From NCBI GenBank assembly GCA_964187785.1, contig OZ076413.1, positions 43,588,001-43,652,000 on the forward strand: DNA of 64,000 bases, written 5' to 3'. The position numbers and the translations under genes are program-made. Shown here piece by piece: positions 12,095-25,546 of this stretch (its first letter is position 1; each line of letters begins with the position of its first letter). This DNA is from Amphiscolops sp. MND2022. Taxonomy: Eukaryota. Below the pieces are notes generated by a model. The model was not told the origin of the DNA. It did not search any database and saw only the letters and a list, made by a program, of their open reading frames with translations.

Positions 12095-13102
12095 CTTACC
12101 GACAAAAGTATCGTCGCTAACATGAATTTCAACATAAAACGAGAATAACAGATTGAAAACAGGTGTATTGAGTTGATATCTCGTATGCCCCCCGTATGCC
12201 TGTATGCAGGCCAAAAGTCGTCGGCGCATGAAACGGATAAGCTCTATAAGAAATAAGAAAACCTGGGTCGATCGATTGCCAAGCTTCGATAATTCGCCTT
12301 CAAGGTTGTTGGCTCTGCACGATGAACAGGTGCATTGCCATAATACGATCCAATGACTTCTGGAAACTCGCGCAAAAACGGCAGAGTTTCTCCCTCGAGA
12401 ACAATTTGAAATTACCTCTGAGAATCGAGTGTTCCAACTATCAAACCAGACTTGTTTTGTGGTTTCTTGATATATCACCCTATGCCATGAGTCCCCTAGA
12501 CTTCTATCGATCGCATTATTAGATTTCTTGTTTCACTACGTCACCAAATCAGTTGCGTTCTTGGGTAATTGTTCAGACTAAACCGGTATTCATCGCATAT
12601 TTGACGATACTCTCTCGGCTCAATGCTGCTTAGAACGGGCCCATTCCAACCGTGCATCTCTCCTCCGTCTGGTCAGACTCAGTCCCCTGCGTATGGTCGT
12701 CTACAATATTTCCTCTTTCTTTAGTATTCGTCGGACAGTTCGTCATGAAACAGATGTGGGCGTGCTGTCTCAGCAACTAGCGTCTCACAATGGCACGTCG
12801 TTGTCTGGCCCTTGTCGAACGTGGGCGGTCAGTTCTCTTCAGATCTTCTACTGATTCGAATTTTATCTTCAATCGCGGAACGGACAGAACAATGAAAATG
12901 CTAAGGAATAACAGAAGAAAATTCACCAGAAAAACCATTCCCATAATTTGGTTACGTTTAGCTATAGTAAGACGAGGCATTCTAAGTTTTAGTTTGCATG
13001 TGAATTTGTGTTGAAACAAATCGGTTTTACAGTTTTTCATTCACACTTTTAAATTTTTGACTGAACATTTCAAAAATAATCAACGTTACTTTAGTCACTA
13101 AG
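12095..13102 (-). mobile_element. decayed Tc1/mariner element
   Basis: Imperfect TIRs CTTACCGACAAAAGTATCGT / CTTAGTGACTAAAGTAACGT; transposase fragments MPRLTIAKRNQIMGM..RPRSTRARQRRAIVR and C-terminal LLACIQAYGGHTRY. Confidence 0.75.
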
Positions 13103-15735
13103 TATAGCTGTTATGAACGACAGCCCCCCAAGGATGTTTGAGGGCTTTAAGGATATGGAACCAAAAATACCAATTGATAAGCCATGAGCTGAACAACTGT
13201 AAGATTTATAGTCAGAACGTAAATATTTGAACGATCATAACGAGACACGACAAGAAGCTATTCGCCAGCAGCGTCTGTAAACATTTATAGACCTTAATTT
13301 ATGGAGGCTGTTGTTCAGGAGAAGCAATTTGGGGGATGTGCTTCATAATGGTGTGATGGGGGAAGTACTCTTTCGTTCATAAGATTTGGAAAGCTTTCGA
13401 CCAAAGTTCAAAATCAAACGTTCACATCTTTTTTTAAGCAGAGTGTGACACTTGAACGTTATACATGTTGAGGAACGCCTCAATTTTTCTATACTTCGAA
13501 TCCTAGCCGTTTTGTTGCATTAGTACCTCTTATCAGGAACATTTTTGCTTGATCCAGATCAATCATGAATGAATCATCACACGATGACGAAAAATAGTAA
13601 TGGTAACCCTTTTCTCACGTTTTGCTATTAGAAAAAGTCCACTGGATTGGGGTTTTTATACACCATGCTACGATACAAATCGTGGAGCCTAACGGACACC
13701 CGATTTCTTGTCACTCTATAATCAATAAGTTATTGACCAGCCTGGGATCAACTTCTACTTATTATGCCACCCTATGATCAACATCTCTAATATCTCTAAT
13801 ATGTTTAAAAATCTCTATTAGCCTGTTAGTTTTCTGGAAAATTCTCTTACCTGGATCTATTTGCTTCATCTGTAACCGAAACCTTTGCGGGATTGCTGAT
13901 GCGAATCGTAGAGAAACTCTAAGTGGACAGACAAACCCCCAACAACCTATAGCTCCAACTTCTCCCCTGATTGCTTCGTGGTAGAAACCCGTTTTCCTGG
14001 ATGTCCTCAGTTGTTTTCCAGTCTGTGACTGCCAAGAAAACTGCCAAAGCATGACAAGTTAACACTAGACAACGTTTTATACAATTTACCACAGGCCGGT
14101 TTCCCCATCCGCGAGTTTGAATTTTCCTACCATGTAATGCCGAAGTTCACAATGTACTTCACGCTCTGGTTTGTATCATAAAGGACAGCGTTTTAATACC
14201 ACGCTATACTATTGTTGGCGCTTCAAACCAGAATTGAGAAACTTCTTGAAAAATAGGCCGACTTAGCCTACTTCGACGTGCTGAAGAACAGCGTATTTTC
14301 GAAATGGACTCTAGGAGTAAGATGGATCCTCAAACTGTGACCGAATGAAGCAATCTATCTAATCAGATTGAATATTGCAGACTATGTTTTCCCCGCCGTT
14401 GCTGTTCTTTCGATCAGATTTATGAACTTCGTGCTTTTGCAGCTGTTTTTTCAGTTTTGTGCGTTTTTTTCTTCATGAACGTCAAATTTGGATTGAGTGG
14501 GAGCTCTGAGAGCCTGTCCTTTCCCAACGTTAATCTATTATTTGGTAGTCAATAACAAACATAGAATTAAACTTCTATCTTTATATGTATGCTTCATAAA
14601 CATACACACACTTTTAAATAATTTGTAGCATTTCATCAACTCAGAAAAACCCTGTTTAATCAATTTACTTTATATGTGACAGCGCTTTTATGATGATAGC
14701 AAATTTGATTACAAACACCCGCTATATGTGATTATCCTGTAGTATTAAACAGACTAAGTTAACCCCTACCAAAGGAACCACACAAAAACTGAGATGTAAA
14801 ATCTGATCTGGTGTTTCTGATCCAAGCAACCACGAGAGTTGTTGTGTGGAACTTTATGGTTTGAGTTTTCAAGTTAACTTGGGCTCTTTTTGACATTTTT
14901 TGAATTTTAACTCTGATCTTTAATGGAGTCGAGATTCCGCCAATTATATTTTGCTGTGGCGTTTCTGGGAACATTTTCTCTAGAAGGAGTTACTGATACA
15001 GAACAATTCGGATCACCTATCAAGACTAAACGACGTGGATTAGTCACGTCTCAACTTCGTCGTTTTTTTATTTTCCGCCCACATTTAATGGGGGAGGAAA
15101 ATCAAAATCTCTAGCGTTTTTTTTCCAAATTCTGCCAAATCTCAACTTTTTACTCCATTTAGTAAACAGTAATTTGGATATTTTAGTCACCGTGACACAG
15201 TTGGTAGATCTGCCTACACGAGGTTGTGGGCTCGAACCCGTGCTGATGCATACATTTTCGACGGAAAATATCCCTGTGCTAGCGGGCGTCTTGTTTTATC
15301 TCTCAAGTGAACAGAATGAGAATTTTGTTCAAGTCAGTAAAGTTCATGATTTTGTAAACAGTCCACAAGTGGCCAAAGACTCAGTAACGGCATCATCGGC
15401 CAAATTATCTTTATTCAGTGGATAAACTCTATCATTCTCACTGGAAACTTTCTTTCGATATCTTGAGAACGTATTTGTGCGGATAAAGTTGAAGTGTTTT
15501 GATTCATAAACTTTGTTCCGCCGAAAACCAAAAAAACGTCCTCAGTTTTTCGTCCTTTTTTTCACATTTAGTGAAACTTTTAGCTGCACACTTCCATTTT
15601 TGAGCGTTGGATTAAATTATCATTCTATCTACTGGGAATTACTCTGATTGAATACAGAGAAAAGGTTTTGAAAGGATTCTGCAAGTGCCTTTCCTCGGCA
15701 GAAAAGTTGAAAAGCCCGTCTATCAGTAACAACTA

Positions 15736-17078
15736 CAGTGCCTCACGAAATGGTAACAAAAAAATTGGAACCCCATGAATTTCTCTGTAGTTTTCATAAA
15801 TAAACCTTTAAACAAACAACATACTAATCTGTTGAAGTCTCAAATCTACAGTTTACAGCGGTTCAAATCGTAAGCACAAATTCACAACCTGAGCTACCAA
15901 AAACAAGTAATTTGCGGAATATGTATTGTTACACTTTTGTGACTACAATACATAAAAACAGAAACAAAGAAAAATGTGAACAACTAAAACAAATAATACT
16001 ATAATATGTTTCAATTTTTTGTGTATCCACCTTTTGCTTTAGGAAGGGCTTGAATTCTGCTCGGCATGCTTGAGATAAGATTTTGGCAGGTTTCGACGGG
16101 TAATTTTGACCATTCATCCTGTATTCGCTCCCAAAGTTCGTGTTTCCTTTAGGTGGTTCCGGGTAAGTTTGGAGTCGTTGTTTTAGAGCATGCCAAAGGT
16201 GTTCTATTGGGTTTATGTCTGGTGATTGAGGCGGCCAGTCCATTAGGTTTACTCTATTCTGATTGAACCAATCTTTCGCTACTCTCAAAGTGTGCTTGGG
16301 GTCATTATCTTGTTGAAATACGAAATAATCACGTTCCATTTGAGAATAATCTGCGGTACCGAGCAAGTTATCACTTAGAATTTCACAATACAACGTACTA
16401 TCCACTGTCCACCCTCAACCTTGCATGCCTGCCCAACACCATTCCATGTCATGCAGCCCCAGAACATCAAGCTACCCCCACCATGTTTGAAGGTGCAGCT
16501 ATAGTGCTCATGGGCAGCTATTACGGCATTTTCAATTTTTCCTGACAATATATCTCTTATCACTTTCCAATTGGTATGATCAGATAACTTATATGGGCGG
16601 CCTGCTCTAGCTCGTGGTAGCCCAGTTTCAGTGTTTAATATTCGCGAAACAGTCATGTGACTCACCGAAGGAACTCTTTTGGCAACATCGCGACAGGATA
16701 ATCCCTCTTTCAAGTAATCCACAATTCTTGTCTTTATATGCTGTGGAAAAATTTTCATTGAACTTGTTATTGATACTCTACGAACGACAATTAGAACTTT
16801 TGAGGTTTGCAATATAAATGGATGCTAAAATTTGATTTCACGATTATTTTTCAGTTCGAAAAAACACGCACACAAAATTGTAACATTATAAAATCATTTG
16901 AGAGTAATTGTTCATGCTTCAATGTGAACACTTTTTTGCAAACGATCATTCAAATATTTTTCACATATCGTGTGCTTTCGAAGAACTTTTCGCTCTGAAA
17001 AAATATCAAGCTTTCGAACAGCGAACAAACTAAACTTTGAGAAGAAGGTTTCTATTGTTACAGTTTCGTGAGGCACTG
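15736..17078 (-). mobile_element. Tc1-like element with 24-bp TIRs and TA TSD; frameshifted, internally deleted transposase
   Basis: TA|CAGTGCCTCACGAAATGGTAACAA ... TTGTTACAGTTTCGTGAGGCACTG|TA; KHGGGSLMFWGCM, FQQDNDPKH, WPPQSPDINPIEHLW (ORFs 16375-16812, 15929-16405). Confidence 0.95.
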
Positions 17079-18250
17079 TAGGTCCGTCGTAAAGCTAGGT
17101 GATTCAGTATATCTGGCAAACGCAAAAATTTTAGCTAAACTTCAATGTCTTACTCGCAAAGGTGACTGATACTCCTGTCAAAAACAAAAAGATTGGTTTT
17201 GTGCGTCTCGTATTAGTCTCCAATCATACTTGCACCTATTACTCCTGTGTTAAATGACATGCTCACACATTTATCCGAGATTCGCCATTGGCCAATTCCA
17301 ACCAATAAAAACTTTATCATCTCCTCCAAACGTTTTTGGTCAGAAGCCACCGTTATATACTCCGGGTAATATTTTTATCGGGAAAGGCTTCATATCAGGA
17401 AGCGGATCATTTAAATTTCAATTTTAAAAGATACCGATGTTTGACAAAAAAATAGATGCAAACTCCTGCCAGAGGGAAGATTCGTTTTTGAAAACATTTA
17501 CAAAAAAGATGCACAGTATTAGTAAAAACCCAAAGGGTTGGCGACCCTTTCAAGCTAAAAAAAAGATCACTTTATATAACAAACAGGTGGATGGTTACAA
17601 ACCCTTAGTGGAAGATTATTTTCATAAAGTCGCGCAGTGCTGAGAACAACCTGAAGGCACCCTATCTTTGCCAGCATCAAAACGTTTTGGCTTAGCGTGC
17701 GACTTGAATCCACGTGCACGCCGAGGAAGTGAGAGTAAGTGCTACTAGCCGAAGTAGAAAATTATATCAAGCTTTCAACAAGTTTACTAGTAGCTATTGG
17801 AGGAAAAATTCCCGTGGAAAACTAAAAGTTCTCGTCTCTAGTGAAATACTAGCCCGGATCCACACCAGAAAAAAACATGCCGTTGTTAGACTTTGAAAAT
17901 TCGGAAATGTAACATCCGGGAGTGAATTTTTTTTTAATTTTCCATAAAAATTTCTAGGCTTTCGCGCTTCACGGCTCATTTTGTCCGAAAACAGGGTGTC
18001 TCCATGTGGCGTACTTTACCCTGAGTTCAACTTCATTGATTTTTCACAGAAACTTTTTTCCCGAATTTTTAATAAACATTTCAAAACTCGATTTTTTTAA
18101 TATTCATATTTTTTTTCGTGAATCAAAGTGATGCATCAAAGTATAAATCAATTAGTTTTCTTCACTGAAATTAGTCTTGAAAAACCATACTTAGCGTTAG
18201 CTGTTTACTTAGATTTCCTGAGACTTGTTAAATTACGCCTTTGTGTTCAG

Positions 18251-18426
18251 GCGAAACAACATACAGAGGCAAACCTGGTTTCAATGTCAAGAAAATTTCT
18301 GAAGGCGATGCACGCATAGTTTTTGACACGTGGTACACTGAGAAAGACAACTACGAATTCCCAGGAGAGATGGAGTCCTTCGAGTCTTGCAATAACAATA
18401 CTGAACAATTTCAGAATTTCAGTCAA
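18251..18426 (+). CDS. CAP/SCP domain gene, middle exon
   Basis: gttcag|...|gtaaga; GETTY...DTWYTEKDNYEF...C...QNFSQ corresponds to CAP GENL...WYxE..Y...HFTQ; ends in phase 0. Confidence 0.8.
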
Positions 18427-19616
18427 GTAAGACACGAATTATCATCAAAATTTTAAAACCTGATTGATATTCCTCTCTTATTTTTCTCCTGTTTCATAAC
18501 GTTTCTCTCTGTTTGATCTCCGGAAAATACTTGTATTTCAAGAAAGACCCACACCGAACTTTCTGAACTGACAATTGTCATCTGAAGAAACCAATGACAA
18601 GTTTCATTGGAACTTGTTCATGTTGTTCATCTGTACAAAATTCTTACTTTTGTGAATAAAAGAAGCTCCTAAAAACTTTCCTGGAACTGTTTTAAAAGCA
18701 TCCAAAATGGAGCCAACTTGGAAATGCAGAACGACTTATTCGGCGTCCACCCTGCGAAATTGGGGAAATAAATTTACTTCTTCTTTGGCAAATCCACGCT
18801 CTTCAATGGCTTGGATCGGGCCTTAGTTATCCAAGCGCTTAAGCCCAAATAAGGTGATCCATGAACGCTTTGTGCTGATTTTTGTACAGAGTATACAATG
18901 TAAGCATAAGAATCGTACGTTTATCATAATACCTGGGTAACAGCTCTGACAGAACACTAGGTATTTGATCTACCTCTGTCCGTTCAAATGCAAAAGGGTC
19001 ATCATTGGTTTCATCCAGTTTTATTAAATTTATTGATTGCTTTCTGGAAATACCCAGCGCCTGAGATCTTGTAGTTTTTGATGAAGTTTCACATAATTAT
19101 GCCGGATCCTGGGGAAGAGGGTCAAAATCGCCAATATTAGGCGGGGAACACAAATATGATTTTCATTTTTGTACAAATGAAAAAGTATGGAGAAATTAGA
19201 AAAGACAGGAAAAAACTTAGGGTTGAAAACATAGTTTACCAAAAAAATGGAAAAAAAATAAGCGTTATTGCTGTAAAGCTATTCTTTCGCGGATTTTCCC
19301 ACCCCTAATAACTTACAAGTTTTGGTTTTTGTCAGAACTGCTTCAATGATCCATTCCACAAAAAACCCAAAAACCTCAGAGCGGTGTCTTACGTCCTAAA
19401 ATTCTTGACAAGATCTTGACAGTATTATGCGCAATCATGGTTCAATCTTTTTGGCTCAAAAAAGTCTCACGATCTTGCCGAGAATCCAGGAACGCAGGAC
19501 CCTGGTATTATTTCCAAAATATACCGGAATTACCGAGATTGTAAAATCTTGGTGGACGCTACTTTTTCTCGTCGGCATCACTTCATCTGTGCCCTATTAT
19601 TCGATGTGTTTCCAAT

Positions 19617-22600
19617 TGACACTGCAGTGACTCATAGACTCATGACTACAACTTTTGACTTTAATTGAGTTGTGTTCGCACTGAGAATGAGAACCCTTGA
19701 TAATGATCTTATAAGAATGAAAACTTCTCTTATATGTTTGAAGCTTCTGGGTTATCAAATTTTTCAGCTAAAGTTATCCCGGGAAATTGGAACGACCGCC
19801 TTTTTATTTTCGTGGATATTTTACATCTTCAGCTATAAACAGCAGCCTTACGAGCCTGGGGGCAGCAGTTAAAAGTCTAATGAGCTTTTGGGCGTTTCTT
19901 TGGGCTCTTTCTGGACGGTCTTCTGAGCTCATTCTACGCTTTTTTCTGGGTTCTTTCCTGGGCGTCCTTCTGGCTTTTTTGGGGCATTCAACTGAATTCT
20001 TTTGGATGTTCTTGTGGGCTCCCTTCTGGGCGTTCTTCTGGTTTTTTGGCGTTCTTCTAGGCTCCTTTCTGCGCGTCGTTCTGGTTTTTGGGAGTCCTTC
20101 CGGGCTTTTTTCTGGGCGTTCTTCTGATCCTTCAGTCAAAACTGCTAGTTCAACTCCATTTTTCTTAGCCTCTCTGATTAGAGACGAGCACAAAAATTGC
20201 GCGTCAAAAAATAGATGAGTTTTTGATAACAAATTTCTTTAAGAAATCAAAACAACAAGCACACAGCGCTTACGACGATTCGCCTTAGCGCTTTGTGAGT
20301 TTTTATGGAGTCGTCCAGTCAAGTCACAGGTTTTGCAGCTTCGGGCTGATCAGGTAATTACCTCATGTAATTCCAGTTCCCAATCACTACCTAAGGTTCG
20401 GTTTGCTTCGCTGAAGTCCAGTTAATTCTTCTCATTTTGTTCGTTCGTTCAGACTAGGTCAACAACAAGCATAGTTTCTTTTTCATTTGTTTGATCATTG
20501 TGTCCTTCGCCGTTTCTGGCGTGTCCGTTGGGTCTTTATAGGTTCCGTAGATTGTTTTCGGTTAACAACTACAGCAACGCAACGATGGTCGCCCCGAAGA
20601 TTGCAACTCTCACCAAGCAGTTCCAACTACATGAATTGAAGTTTCAGATCCGTCTTATCTAGAGGCGGCTTCCGCATCACCAAGTTGGCATCCAACAATT
20701 CTGCAGACCTTGGCCACCTTCCTGAAACGCAGCACCGATTGAGAATAAACGAGTCCTTGGTCAGAACTGGTCCCCGAAGACGACACCTACAAAGAGCCAC
20801 TGCCTAAACCTTTTACGACACCAACAACGTTACGCCAGCTGTTCACTCTGGACTCCTCTACTTTCGACCTGATTGGTCTATCCGCACATTTCGCCATTAC
20901 AATCAAAATAGATTTTCAGTCGCTCTGGAAATGTGGCCAGAGTTGGGATCAACGGATTTCAGAAGACATTTAGCCAACCGTTGACAAACTTGTCGCCCAG
21001 TACCGTAAAATTCCTCACATCCCCTCCCACGCCGCATTTTCCGATCAACGACCCCAGCTGATTTGCACGTTTTAACGGGCCTCCGCGGCGACACCACTAA
21101 TCTAACTTTCGTCTTAGGAAAGAGCTGCGCTGCTCCCATTAAACAACAAAGCGTTCCAAAGCTCGAACTTAAAGCTGCCGTTCTGGGATTCCGTTTACTT
21201 CAAACCGTATGTGAAGCCTTCGCCACACAGTTTCAATTAATTCCCTTTGGACAGACAGTTATGTTGTTCGCGACTGGATCCAGCCTTGCAACAAATTGTA
21301 GAGTTTCGTCGACAACAGAGTCGACGAAATCAGACAATCGACATCTTCAATTGACTGGAGATAAGTACCCACTGATTCAAACTCAGCCACTTTCGGCACG
21401 GTTCAAAAACCCGACGCAATCGAACAACAAAAATAGATTCAACCCCTCCCCCAGATTTGACCCAACCACTGTATAAATGACCGCAACGCCGCCCTCTTCC
21501 GGACGCCAATGGTATTTGCGCTGCCGCTTAAAATCAAGTTCAATCCGCTCTTCTGAATGTCAATCAATTTTCTTCTCGGATTCGTCTCCTTCGTTCAACC
21601 GCTTGCGTCTGTCGCATTCACCGTCACCTCCGAAGCCGCCTGTCTGGTCGCAGTCTCACCACCGATTACTTTCTTTCAAAGTGCCAAGCACATTTTTTCC
21701 GACAGTCGCAAATTGAGTCTTTTCCTTCCACGGTAGTTCAATTGCCTAGCAAGCTCCTGTTTCCTCCTCGACACGCAATCCGATTGTTTTAGACGCCCAC
21801 AACCACATCGTACATCTCCTCTTACAACATTATCACGCCGCCGCTTATCATGCCTGACCAGAATACGTCAAAGGGTTCCTTCAGCAGCGTTTTCTGAGTT
21901 TCGGCAATCTGCCAGTATAGAATGGGATTTCAACCTGCCATCAGCTCCCCATTTTGGTGGAGCATGAGAGAGGATAATCCAGACAGCCAAACGAACCCTT
22001 TTGATCGTCCTGGATCACAAAAACTCACTTTGGATTTCTTCATCACTAATTTAGCAGAAACAGAGCTGATGCTAAATTCCCGCCCAGTCACTCATGTTGC
22101 CGATCAGCTGGAGAAGGAAGAGCCACTGACGCCCAACCTTTCGCTACTGCATCGACCCTACACCAACTCACCTCCTGGAGTTTTTGACAGCTCTGACTAG
22201 CCTCTTTCGTTTAAATCATGGAAGGAAACTTTGAAAGAGACAAGAGCCACATATGGAAGAGGTTGCCGAAAGAATACATTCCTAATTTTATCCTCGACAG
22301 AAGTGGTCGACTGTCCAACCTCAGGTACGAGTAGGTGATCTTGATTGGATCCTACGCGATTTTACACCTCGTGTAATATGGCCTCTTGGAGGAATCACAG
22401 CTACCTACCCTGAGCGAGATGGAGTCCACGTTTGCACAGTCAAGACAGCATACGTATCCTTCGAGCAGCCCGCCGTCTCGCTGTCTTGAGTTTTTGTCCT
22501 GTGACGGTTCACTTCGAAACGCTAAGCATCATCTTTTTTGACCTTAGCTGCTACGCGCCCCTCTTTTCTCTGCAGCTAAGGGGGTGGAGCATGTTACTGA

Positions 22601-22715
22601 AGTGAAGCATAGACTCATAACTATAACTTTTGACTTTCATTGAGTTTTTTTCTCACATAGAATGAGAACCATTGATAATATTAATAATATAAAAATGAAA
22701 GACTTCTCTTATACC
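19617..22715 (+). mobile_element. decayed BEL/Pao LTR retrotransposon
   Basis: Direct repeats at about 19617-19735 and 22592-22715 (CATAGACTCAT..ACTTTTGACTTT..GAATGAGAACC); PPT AAGGGGGTGGAG before TGT 22592; Pao RNase H GKSCAAPIKQQSVPKLELKAA; integrase LNSRPVTHV..EPLTPN. Confidence 0.85.
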
Positions 22716-24215
22716 AATAGAATAGACACTCGCAAAATTTCAAAATCTTGCCAGGAAAATGTTAGCTAGAACTCCAGGTTTCATCGGGTTCTTGTCATGA
22801 TTTCCAAGATCAAGGGAAATGCCCAGGTTCTCGCAAAAACTTCCAAGATGATGAACGCTGGTTATCTTCACTAGCAATAAATTAGGCTATGATGGTATTC
22901 AAAATTTCATGCTGAAATTGCATACTGAAACGAAGCAGCAATGACGAAACAATGAAACTATCATCGAGATGTTATTTGACTATAGACCAAGTAAGTAGAC
23001 TATAGCCTTATTGAAATAAGCTATCCTGGGTTGACCGCCATACAAAAAACATGTTGAAATGAAGCCGTTGTCTTTCTTCAGGTTTTTCAATAAATGGCCA
23101 TACTACTCATACAAAGACAAAATCTTGCCATGTTACGAATAAAAAAGCAAAACGTAGCTAATTAATCCTGATGTTGATGACTTCATTGTCTGTCCCCAAC
23201 CAATGTAACTCTTACTATCGAAAACGTGAGAATATTATCACATTGAGTGGTTTTTGGCATCTGATGTTAAGCCTTGTTGAAACTGCTTGAACCTTTTTCC
23301 ATGTACTTTAAAGTTGCTAGCATCTTTTGTTATGATATACTAAGACTCTTACGGAAAACTTCATGCCAAATTATTTCCTAGTTGTATTTAATTTTTATCA
23401 AATTCATTGAAAGATTCGTCAATTTTGACGGTAATTTTCGGCCTTGGAGCTTTTCATGATTCATTAAACAGCAGTCATAACTTTAAAAGCAAATAGGTCG
23501 CTATCAGTTCTATCGCTAATTCAATGCAATTTAGCGTCATGTTTAGCGCGCTATTTGAGAAGCGGTGATCACATCAGATGAGTAGTTGGGAAAACGAAGT
23601 GCGAATACAAAGTGATCGTGTCGGTAATGTAGTTGAATTTATTTTCAAATTGATGTTAAAAGAATGTAAAATGCATGTGTAGCCGCATGTAAAAATGTCC
23701 TGCAGTTTCAACTAGGGAAGGGATCTGAAATGAGAAACAAGACTCCCTGAAAAATGCTTCAAAAGAAAAGTTATAGCTCAGTAAAAGCTAGTTGAGTTGT
23801 TTGTTTTGTACTTTCTATACTGAGGTTTCACCTTCAGATTATACCGCAGAAGACCTTACCTGTTGGAAAGTAGAGAGTATTGCCTTCCCTCGGTTGTGTT
23901 TCCAGTCATTCATGGAAAACCCTAAAGACATACACTGCTCATTTTCAGAAATCAAGAAAATCAAAAACTGACAAGGTATGAAAATCATGGAAGTCATAGC
24001 GAGACTTCAAACTTTTTTCCTACGGCAACTAGTTTCCATAAATGCAAACATAGTAAGAACTGCACGTCTAGTCAACCAAGAATTGCAAAAGAGAAAAGCA
24101 AAATTCTTTTTAATAGTAATATTCACATTGACAAAACAATTTCTCTTTGGATTGGTGCCTTTCTTAGAATCGGCGTTTGCAAAAGTTTTTCTTGTTTTTT
24201 TGCTTCCCTTTTCAG

Positions 24216-24413
24216 ATTATGTGGGCTAGGACAACTTCAGTGGGCTGTTTCTACAGGATTTGCCAGTCACCTGAAAATGAAAAGGATGTCGTCTTTTTCC
24301 TCATGTGTTTGTACCACCCCAAAGGGAACGTGGACGGAGAAAGCGTGTTCGACAACCATGCATTCCAGCGTTTAGCCATTTACAGAGACAGAGTTGGAAC
24401 TTGTGACTCGTAA
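24216..24413 (+). CDS. CAP/SCP domain gene, C-terminal exon
   Basis: Strong polypyrimidine tract + cag; IMWARTTSVGC...C...FLMCLYHPKGNVDGESVF matches the CAP1/CAP2 signatures and joins the 18426 exon in phase 0. Ends at TAA 24411-24413 or splices at gtaaga 24410. Confidence 0.85.
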   Translation: MMWARTTSVGCFYRICQSPENEKDVVFFLMCLYHPKGNVDGESVFDNHAFQRLAIYRDRVGTCDS

Positions 24414-24682
24414 GACTATAAATTGAAATGTTTTTCTTTTGATTTCGTACTGAGGTCTCATGGGTTCTCATGCATGCAATCGATAATCCACTAAAATATC
24501 GTTTCCGATTAATTGATGAAACTCATAGTGAATGTGTATGCAAAACAGCTAAACAATACACTGTAAAGAAAAAACTTTTCACAGTTTAAGGCTTTCCAGG
24601 AGAAGTTCGACAGCTTGCCGCCAGAAATGGAATATATATTAGTATAGCTGGGAAAAATGTTATGACGGGGAGCTTGGTCTGG

Positions 24683-24760
24683 CGGGAAGCATGGTGTAGT
24701 GGTAAGAGCATTAGGCCTGTACTGATTTAGACCGTAACGTATTCGAATCTCTCTCGAGTC
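24683..24760 (+). other. degenerate tRNA-like sequence (SINE head or tRNA pseudogene)
   Basis: A-box-like TGGTGTAGTGGT and B-box-like TTCGAATC with tRNA spacing; no intact acceptor or anticodon stems. Confidence 0.35.
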
Positions 24761-25147
24761 ACTATTATTAGACTTCAAGCGAGTCCTAGTGGTATAGTAA
24801 TCGACTAAAAAAGGAGCTGTTTGCGGAGAAAAGCAAAAAAAACAACGTCGTGCATTCAGACTTTTTCGACATTGAACGAGTCACTTTGAAACCACAATTT
24901 CAGTTCGATCATTGCTCGGCCGCTTGGCTGCAAATAAGGTGCCATCACAGTGCCAGAAAAAAAGGGTAAGTAAGTTCTCTGATCGGCACTTTATTTTTTG
25001 CGGTAAACTTTAGAAGCTTTCCTGAAATCTTGGTTTAGCAATTGAATATGCCAGGCAAACTTAAAGTTGTGTTACTCAAAAATCATTTGTCATTTGTTGG
25101 GTTTCTCCAGCGCAGATTCTCACGCGTTTTCACGCATATTTTTGAGA

Positions 25148-25546
25148 AACAAGCCGGGAACGGCCCATGTCGGCGCCATATCTAAGGCTCAAAAATAGCA
25201 GAAGGACTTCAAAATGTCAAAGTATTGGTGAATTGGGGACCCTTTTAAGAAAAAACAACAAAAGCTCTCAAAAAGCTAAAAATTGAGAAAAAAAATTTTT
25301 TGAAATTTTTTTTCGAAGTTTCCGGTAAGTCGCATAGTGCCGAAAAATGTAAAAGGGGGGACGCTTTTTATCTCATGTTTGACGCTTTGGATGCGTTGAA
25401 AATGAAGTACTAAGTACATATGGTAAAATTGGTAAATGTGCATTAATTGGATTAATGCACAAAAAGTGGACGTACGTGTTGAACTGACGAAAAAAAACTA
25501 GCCACTGTAAGAGTCGGGATTTTCTTCGAAAACGCCGACTAAAAAA
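25148..25546. mobile_element. DINE-1/HINE-like element, copy B
   Basis: Same termini as 7754-8226 (AACAAGCCGGGAACGGCCCATGTCGGCGCC ... AACGCCGACTAAAAAA). Confidence 0.7.

Noticed and set aside
13558..13602. Candidate missing CAP exon (SSHDDE..G)
   Set aside because: The frame hits TAG TAA before the donor; the phase-compatible frame contains TGA
24683..24760. Functional tRNA gene
   Set aside because: Stems do not pair into a cloverleaf; no poly-T terminator
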